Under the pieces are notes generated by a model, which saw only the letters and a list, made by a program, of their open reading frames with translations, was not told the DNA's origin and made no database searches. A program made the translations under genes and the position numbers. From positions 1-45,057 of the forward strand of contig JBFLGF010000179.1 in NCBI GenBank assembly GCA_050230475.1: a stretch of DNA of 45,057 nucleotides. The letters run 5' to 3'. Positions 37,601 through 45,057 of this stretch are shown here, in pieces (the stretch's first letter is position 1; the number at the start of each line of letters is the position of its first letter). Source of the stretch: Ancylonema sp. Lineage: Eukaryota.

Positions 37601-39084
37601 TGTGCGCAGTTATGACTGCCTTAATAAGAAGGAGTTGAGAGGATGGTAGTAGCAAGAGTCAGAAAGCGATGTTTATCAGGGGTCAAGGCATTTCATATTC
37701 TTAACGTTTTAGGGTTTGAGGGTTTCGGTGGGAAAAAGTGTTTTCATGCTACTTTCATATGCTCCAACATGCGAGTGAAGCTCTTTGTTGTAATGCTAAT
37801 AAGGGAAGGGGGGCATATATGTGTATGTGTGCGTAGTCCAACTCAATGCATTCTTCTAAAAATGTGTCTCGTATCGACACCTATATTCTCCCCTCAGATA
37901 TTCACGGCAACCGACCTCCACAATGACTACGTAGACTGCGTTAGGTGTAGTGGGGATGCAATCGTTTCTAAGGTAGGGGGGGGGGATGGGGGGTGGGGGC
38001 GGGGGGGCTGGGGAGGAGGGTTTTTTGTCTTTTTGTGTGTCTAGATGTTGACTAGACTATGGGAAATATGTGGGAGCGAGACTCATCTCAAAAGTCAAAA
38101 GTCAAAAGTCAAAAGTCAAAAGTCAAAAGTCAAAAGTCAAAAGTCAAAAGTCAAAAGTCAAAAGTCAAAAGTCAAAAGTCAAAAGTCAAAAGTCAAAAGT
38201 CAAAAGTCAAAAGTCAAAAGTCAAAAGTCAAAAGTCAAAAGTCAAAAGTCAAAAGTCAAAAGTCAAAAGTCAAAAGTCAAAAGTCAAAAGTCAAAAGTCA
38301 AAAGTCAAAAGTCAAAAGTCAAAAGTCAAAAGTCAAAAGTCAAAAGTCAAAAGTCAAAAGTCAAAAGTCAAAAGTCAAAAGTAAAAAGTAAAAAGTAAAA
38401 AGTAAAAAGTAAAAAGTAAAAAGTAAAAAGTAAGAAGTCAAGAGTCAAACGTCAAAAGTAAAAAGTCAAAAGTCAACTGTGTCATCATTTCTTCCAGACC
38501 CCCCATCATTTGGTGCACTGGAGGTGGAGCCCACAACCCAACAAGGGGATTGACGAGGTGGGTCAACCTCTAAACCACAAAACTAAACCACGATTCTAAA
38601 CCCTGAACCCTAAATCTCACCTTCCTAATCGGAAATTTCCGAAGCTTGGATTCGAAATTTCAATTTTCAAACCTCAGACTCGTACTTTGGAATTTGTAAA
38701 TCGAAGGCGAAATTCGAATAGCCTGCAATAATTGAGGTCAGTGTTCCAACTTCCTTGATATAGTCACTATCTCCACCCCATCATGACAATGGCACCATCG
38801 CCCATTGTACCTATTTCACCACCATTATTTTTCGCACTCATTTAAACTTATTCGTCGCACTCATAAGCACTCGTGTGAAACTTCAAGTGGAATGGGAGAG
38901 ATGCATGATTTGGGATGCTCGGGGTTTAAGATTTTGAGTTTAGGGTTCAGGGCGAGGTGGAGGTGTTGAGTCGCACGAGGGTTGCGGATGGGGGGCAGTG
39001 GCTGGTGAAATTTGCGCTCGATAGCAAATTATCATTGGTGGCTTTGGGTGGGTCTCAGCCCCCTCTTAAACAGCCTCTATGTTT

Positions 39085-39117
<33 letters not shown>

Positions 39118-40664
39118 CTGATCCTTGTTTTTTCACCTTGTATACGATACCTAGCTTCTCATATTACTTCCTCCCACTACCCCACTCTCTCTCTCTTCTC
39201 TCGTACACCTTGTTCCTTAAAAAACTCAGCAATCAAAATTAAAATGAAAATCCTGAATGCCACCCTTGGAGAGGACCTATTTGATGACCTTTTTTTTTGA
39301 CATATGACCTTTAACACCCTAGGAACAAGAAAACATGTAATCTAGCAACACCCGATTTTATCAGTTTCGGTTTTTTTATTTCTAGTTTTCGTTTGCGGGA
39401 TTGAGAGTTTGTGCTGCTCACAATATTGGTGACACTCGTATCATGCTTCGCAAAGAAGAAAAAAATAAAAATGCAGCAGAATTGTACATGGTTGTCCCTT
39501 GTATGATGTCTAGACATCAATACACCTCTTCATTTCGCCCGGGAAAAAATCATGACCTCGAGAGGGACAAATACCATTTTGTGCACACACAAAAACCTTA
39601 CACCTACCTAATCAGGCCTTTTTTTTTAATGATGTTGCAGGTAACACCGTGGGTCGAACTTCATTGTGGGATTTAGACGCACGATTCGAAAATTCCCCGG
39701 AAACGTACGCCGCATAAACCCTAGGAATAACAATACGGGGAAAAGAGCAATAAGGCAATAGAGCAATGAAGCCAAAATGTCACAAGTAAAAATAAATAAC
39801 GAGGGTTAAACAACATAAAGCAATGAGGCATGGAGGCAATGAGAGTGAGAGAAAGGCATAGATTGCCATATGCTCAAATGACAAAGAAAGCGATTGTTGA
39901 TTGCGATTTTCCATTGTTGGCTTCAATGAAATATCCCACACTCATAATCTCATCCTCAAAACCCTGGGATAAAGTTGGGGATTTCCTACAAAAAAACGCG
40001 GATTTTATACGTTTAGAAGATGATATCGTGTTATTGTCGTGTACAGGTGTGAAGTGAAACTTGATAAAAGCACGGTGCGACACACTGCAATCTCGTTTGA
40101 TGGAAGGTATGGTGGTCGTTGGAGTGTAGGTGTCATCATGTAGTGTGATGATGTCATGATTGGTGGTGAGGTAATGTGAGGATGTTGTTGATGGCAACAT
40201 TGTATGTGGTACAATAAAGAATCGGTGAAGATTGTTCTATATTTATGTTTCCATATTTTACATCCTCTTATCGATCCATGGAGTGCGGGTGTGTGCTGAA
40301 GTATATTGTGTCATGCAATTATTTTCCACCATGCGTTCTTCAATGTGGCAACACGTTTTGTGTCCATACACATTTTGTACTGCACTATATGAATCTGATT
40401 CTCCGACCGTACACGATTCGTATCCATAACTGTTATGGTGTTTTGACAATTGTGAGTCATGGTTATTCAGTGTCGACATCAATGTTGATGGGTGCAAAGA
40501 CAAGGGGTGGATGCAGAAACTTGTTGTGTGGCACAGAGAATGGCACCATTTGGTATTATGACCTCCATCGCACCAAGGGGCAAGAAGGGACTGCAGCAAA
40601 AGTGGAGGTGAAGAAAGCCGAGGGACGAGAAGTAAAGAGGCAAAAGCCACATCCTAAGGAGTAG
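34623..40664 (+). CDS. FIE: Divergent FIE/EED/ESC-like WD40 protein (PRC2 subunit family), ~405 aa, 13 exons
   Basis: Exons 34623-34793, 35150-35227, 35822-35947, 36411-36509, 36794-36877, 37172-37247, 37503-37582, 37898-37972, 38498-38557, 38951-39047, 39641-39704, 40047-40106 and 40517-40664, all phase-consistent. Motifs collinear with FIE/EED: PVFGVAFN, LTGHGGAI, LSASEDQSVRIWNVDTGVC, DFHP, GMD..VKVW, FPT, HNDYVDC, WLVKF, LGN..G..LWDL, VRHTAISFDG and GTIW. Confidence 0.85.
36305..36359 (+). repeat. (TCCTAAA)n telomere-variant 7-mer, ~8 copies, in a FIE-like intron
   Basis: Read directly from the sequence. One base different from CCCTAAA. Confidence 0.85.
38088..38476 (+). repeat. (TCAAAAG)n 7-bp satellite: ~42 perfect copies, then a TAAAAAG variant block, in FIE-like intron 8
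   Basis: Read directly from the sequence. It produces the SQKSKVK pseudo-ORFs in all three frames. Confidence 0.97.
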
Positions 40665-42129
40665 AGGGAATAAGTGTACATACGTTACATAAGTTGGGGA
40701 CATGGGATGCTGCGATGTAACGAATAGGCGGTGATATAGTTCGTGTAGCCATCTAAGTGTGATTGGTAGAGACTGCACAACATGTAATTTGGGAGATTCA
40801 GGTCACAAATGACATTGGACTCTTATATTCATGAAACACTCAAATGCACATGGGAAAGAATATGGTGATAATCTCTATCCTATGTTGCATGATATCATAT
40901 GTTTCGATTACTTGAAATATAAGGCGCTCCAAGACCAGATTTTCCTTGAACCTTATGATTTTGTTGATATTGAACGTGTAAAACGTAGGATGAAGCAGTT
41001 GTGGCATCAAATATTTAGTGCACTGTTCCACTTACAACAAAGTAGGTTATAAATGCATCATATTTTGGGGGCTAAACCAATGGCATCCGTTGACAAAAAG
41101 GCATTCACAAAGAAATACAAAGCGCCATGAGTTCGGTACTATCGTCTTCACAGTTACACCGAGCGTTCTTCTCTCACCGTCACACTTGCAAGAGTGAGGC
41201 ATCATTTCATCTCTATTTATGGATTTTACTTGGTTTGGTGATAATGAGGAACGACTCAACGGGACAACTTGATGAAAGAGTCGAAACGAATGCATTCAAC
41301 GGCATCGATTGCATTCATCTCCCATTTTTGCATGCATTGAAGATGCATGCAAAAAGGAAGAGGAAGATCACTACATTTGAGGGGGAGCAACACACATTCC
41401 GTAATTGAAAGCCATCTAACAAGGTTGTGGTGTACATCAACATTATGAAAAGGGCTAGGATTGAAGAAAAATCGGTTTAGGTAAGGGGGAAGCTACAGTG
41501 TTCAAATTGTTTAAACGTGAACAAGCTCCACCATTCAAAGCTAGTTTCACATGATTCCAAGCGACTTCTTGCGACACTTCCAGCTTCCTCCAGCTTACTA
41601 TACTTTCGACTTACGGCCCATAAGCTTACCGACTCCAGCTTAATTCTTCCGATTCACCCACGGTGGGTGACCCACCTACCTGCCGGTTAAACTCGGACAT
41701 CCAGATTCAAGCCAGCCTTAATTTGTGGGACTGATTCCAGCTGACTGGGATACGGAGGTCAAATTCCAAGCTGCTGTAATACGGAGGAATAGGCTGGCAT
41801 ACCAGCCTTAACCCGACTTCTGACACGCAGATACGGACACGGACGCTCCGACACGTCGAAAGCGTGATACACAGGGGAAAGAAGAGGGAAGAAGAGAAGA
41901 GGATGGAAGAAGAGGAGGAAGAAGAGAAGAAGAGGAATGAAGAGGGAAGAAGAGTACGTGTTTGTTAATGTAATATGTACCTCATCGTCGACTATCGGCG
42001 AGGATGCCTTGGCGCCATGGTGTCGTGCTAAGCGGTCGATCTTTTGAGGTGTAATGGGAGACGTAGACGCATTTACATAGTATCACGGTGTCTGAGAGCT
42101 TGATTTGCAGACGACTGCTTGAGCCGACA

Positions 42130-44722
42130 ATGGAAGAGCAGACAGAAGATCAGAAGTCGGGGCTGGCTTTTAATGGCGCTTCCAGATCGGACAGGTACCC
42201 CGGTGTCAAGCAAAATCATGGATGAGTCATGTTAGTGGTGTCTCTCCGGCTTCCAAATGTCAGAAACATCCAGATAGTGATTTGTGTACCCACCAATGAA
42301 TTCACCAAGGCTCTAAACCAATCGACCCGCCTCATTTGCATTGCAGGTCTGTCGTCTTGTCAGGGCCAGCAGACACTGCAAGACTCGCCGTAAAGAACAA
42401 ACGTGTCGGAAAAGACGCAGAGAGGGCTGCTCAACTGGCGCAGCCCTCGGCCGCTTTTTTCGCCTTTCGAGCGGAATTCCAAGGGACTCTGCTACGAATC
42501 TATGTCCCGAAAAATCTCGGTTCGTGCCTGTCTGTCCCCCCTTCTCACTTGCACTATCTTTCCTCATCGGTGAAATAAATCTAGTTTTGTCCAGCGCGAA
42601 TATCTGCGTACACGTAAGCATTCCGTCGTTTCTTGCAGGGGGTCGGACCTTGCGGGATGCCGTACGCTTTCAGCTTGGAGGCGACAACGGCATCGGGAAG
42701 GCTTTGGAGTTGGGCAATAGGTGCGGTCAGGCATGGAGCTGGCCCTTCATTTATTGCATGGGACACACTCAGCAAGGATAACGTGCAATAGCATATTCGA
42801 TAGAACGCACGCTTTGTTCCAATGGCTTCCTCTCTACAGCGACCAATTGACTGTCTTATTTTCCTGCAGTCGCTCGTCGTTCAAGGGGAACCGAGACAAG
42901 ATCAAGGAGGGAAAGAATTTGATGTCTGTGATAGCTCTCGGAGAAGCGCTCAATTTTTTGGATCGGACCACAAAGGACCGAGCGCGAGCGCAGTCGATGA
43001 AAAAGTATTTGCAAGAAGACGTCATTCCGAAACTGGTGAGTCACAAGTCTTCCCTTCCAAATACCATCATTTTTTTCCACACCCCCTCTCTCTTCGGCAT
43101 GTCACGAATGCATTGCAAATGCGCCTCTTCTGCTCTCGTCAGTTTTGTCATAAGAAGGCTCAACATTCAGTTTCTAAGTCGCTCCTACTTCATCGCTGTG
43201 GGTACACCAGAGATGTGGCACGGCTATGGGTGAGCGAGAGGTAGGAGAGAAATCAGAGACAAATTCAATGACGTTTGAATGACCAAACATGTTGAAAACC
43301 ATCCTAAGCTACATGAACCATGCCTGCACTGCTTTCTCCCCCTTCTCACATCTTGCAACCCCTTCCTTTCCTCTCCTCTTTTCTTTTCTACTTCTCCTCT
43401 TCTCCTCTTCTCTTCTTCTCCTCCTCTCGTCTTATTCCCCCCTCTTCTTCTCCTCCTCTCTTCTATTCCTCCCCTCTTCTTCTCCTCTTCTCTCCTTCTC
43501 CTCCCCTCTCCTTCTCCTCCTCTCTTCTTCTTCTTCTCCTTTCTTTCCTTCCTGTCTTTCACAGGAGAATGGACAGCTGGTGCCCTGGACCACCACGCAG
43601 GCCTCTCGTCCCGCCATCTGCGGCCTGCAAGAGAACGTGAAGCGACTCATGGCTGCCGCAGAGAAGCTGGACCTGCTGATGCCTCTAAGGGAGGGGGCTC
43701 CTTTGCTTCAGGAAATGAAAAACGCGGTGGCGCGACAGGAGGAGAGGCAGATTGTTTTGGTGCTGGTAGGGGAATCAGGCAGTGGGAAAAGTCATCTGGG
43801 AAACAGGTAGATACCACGATACTGTCACACTATGAATCAATGACACCATGAGACTATGACACTATGATACTTTCTGTGTATCTATCAGTCGCATGAAGCA
43901 GCCATGAATGCACCAGCTCCTATGATGATACCGAACCTCCCTTTCTCTCTGATGCACTATGCTTCCCGTGTTCTAATCGATCACACAACAAGAAAAATAT
44001 GCTTTCCTCCGAAATTTCTCGTTATGTTAGACTATTATGTTAGAGACACCCCACCCCATCCCATCCCATCCCATCCCACCCCATCCCAGCCCACCCCATC
44101 CCATCCCACCCCATCCCATCCCCTCCCCCACACCTAATGGCATCACGTTTGCAATTGCAGGCTGGTGTGTCAAGGCAGCTCTGGATTGGAAGGTCCTTTC
44201 CCCGTCGGGACCCGAAAGGGTTTACCTCGCATAGAACTCCCGGTAGCAGTCCAGAGACTAGAGCTGGAAGACCAGAACGCATTCCGGATGTCACTCAGAC
44301 TGCGTTCCCGGGACGAGTACCTCTGCGTTATCTCACAGTGCCTGCAAGCAGAGGGGGTGATGAGGGAGGACGTGATGAGACAAGCATATCCGGAAGGGTA
44401 TCCGGAAAGGTATCCGGAAAGGTATCCGGAAGGATATTCGGAAGGGTATCCGGAAAGGTATCCTGAAGGGTATCCGGAAAGGTATCCGGAAGGATATCCG
44501 GAAGGGTATCCGGAAGTGCCTTATCCGGAGGTCCCGGAGTTGTTAGGGGGGTTATTTTCGGTGGAGGAGGTGGAGGCGGCAGAGGGGGGGGTGTTTGGGA
44601 AGATGCAGTTTGTGGCGAGGGAGATCAGTGCGAGACTGACGCAGGCGCAGAAGGTGGCGGTGGAGATGGTGATGTTTGAGTCGCCGCTCGTTAACCTGCC
44701 GAAGAGATACACACTCATCGAT
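42130..44722 (+). CDS. 5' part of a dynamin-superfamily (Dynamin_N / NUGGC-SLIP-GC-like) P-loop GTPase with an N-terminal Bro-N-like domain; continues beyond the window
   Basis: Phase-consistent exons 42130-42194, 42347-42519, 42639-42720, 42870-43035, 43565-43806 and 44161-44722. Walker A IVLVLVGESGSGKSHLGN follows a helical segment. F.M.L.LRS.DEY and the ending VEMVMFESPLVNLPKRYTLID| lead into the expected DxxG (G3) motif in the next exon. Confidence 0.72.
44387..44530 (+). repeat. 12-bp coding tandem repeat (TATCCGGAARGR) x~11 encoding YPE(G/R)
   Basis: Read directly from the sequence. It is in frame within the GTPase exon. Confidence 0.9.
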
Positions 44723-45057
44723 GTGAGTGTGGGTCTCTGGACTGGCACGACTGAAGAGCGATTGCATTCGTTATTTTGATTTACCTCTTTGGTTTGTGAG
44801 GCTGAGAAGGTTTTTGGTACAGGTGTTGTGATCATGTTCCCTCCCTGAGGTCCATCCCCTGCACGTTGAAGACCTTTCAGGAAACATAAATGAGATCTTA
44901 GTTTGATCCATAAAAATACCGTCACACATATGGGCAAACACAAACTTTGTTGCTATCAAAATACAGTGATCTCAGTTCAACACATGAATTCCCACCCTAT
45001 CAAGAAAGAAAAACGTTTCTCATTCCAATCAATCATCGTGCACCCACCCATACCACC

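Noticed and set aside
38045..38398. SQKSKVK-repeat ORFs in three frames
   Set aside because: These are translations of an intronic 7-bp satellite. The flanking FIE-like exons join in phase without them.
39860..39915. LPYAQMTKKAIVDCDF as a candidate FIE-like exon 12
   Set aside because: There is no suitable donor. Exon 40047-40106 (KSTVRHTAISFDGR) matches FIE better and has the correct phases.
40750..41880. Possible decayed DNA-transposon (hAT-like) sequence, with CCAGCTT and GACACG reiterations at 41570-41860
   Set aside because: I could not find a TIR pair, TSD or convincing transposase motif by eye.

Overview
Eukaryotic, intron-rich nuclear DNA from a green-plant lineage. Plant-type TTTAGGG repeats, DOMINO1, GAPN, FIE and a plastid RRM gene point to this; a streptophyte alga or other non-seed plant is my inference. 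Most of the six-frame ORFs are spurious, so I rebuilt gene models by hand from GT-AG junctions and checked exon phases. Gene order: (1) 3' end of a DDX54/DBP10/RH29 DEAD-box helicase (+). (2) A tandem trio of CDPK-type kinases that lack the EF-hand domain (+). Copy 3 is disrupted, a probable degenerate DIRS-like retroelement lies between copies 1 and 2, and a Harbinger/Tourist-like MITE lies before copy 3. (3) DOMINO1/EMB514-like DUF3223 gene (+). (4) Non-phosphorylating GAPDH, GAPN/ALDH11 (-, 10 exons). (5) Divergent from GAPN, a type-I membrane protein with a Frizzled-like cysteine-rich domain (+). (6) A plastid-type two-RRM protein (-). (7) Divergent from it, a 13-exon, strongly diverged FIE/EED homologue with an apparently eroded H3K27me3 aromatic cage (+). 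(8) The 5' part of a gene fusing a Bro-N-like domain to a dynamin/NUGGC-like P-loop GTPase (+, runs off the window). Introns carry many 7-bp satellites, G/C-runs and telomere-like motifs. All family assignments come from motif recognition, not database searches.
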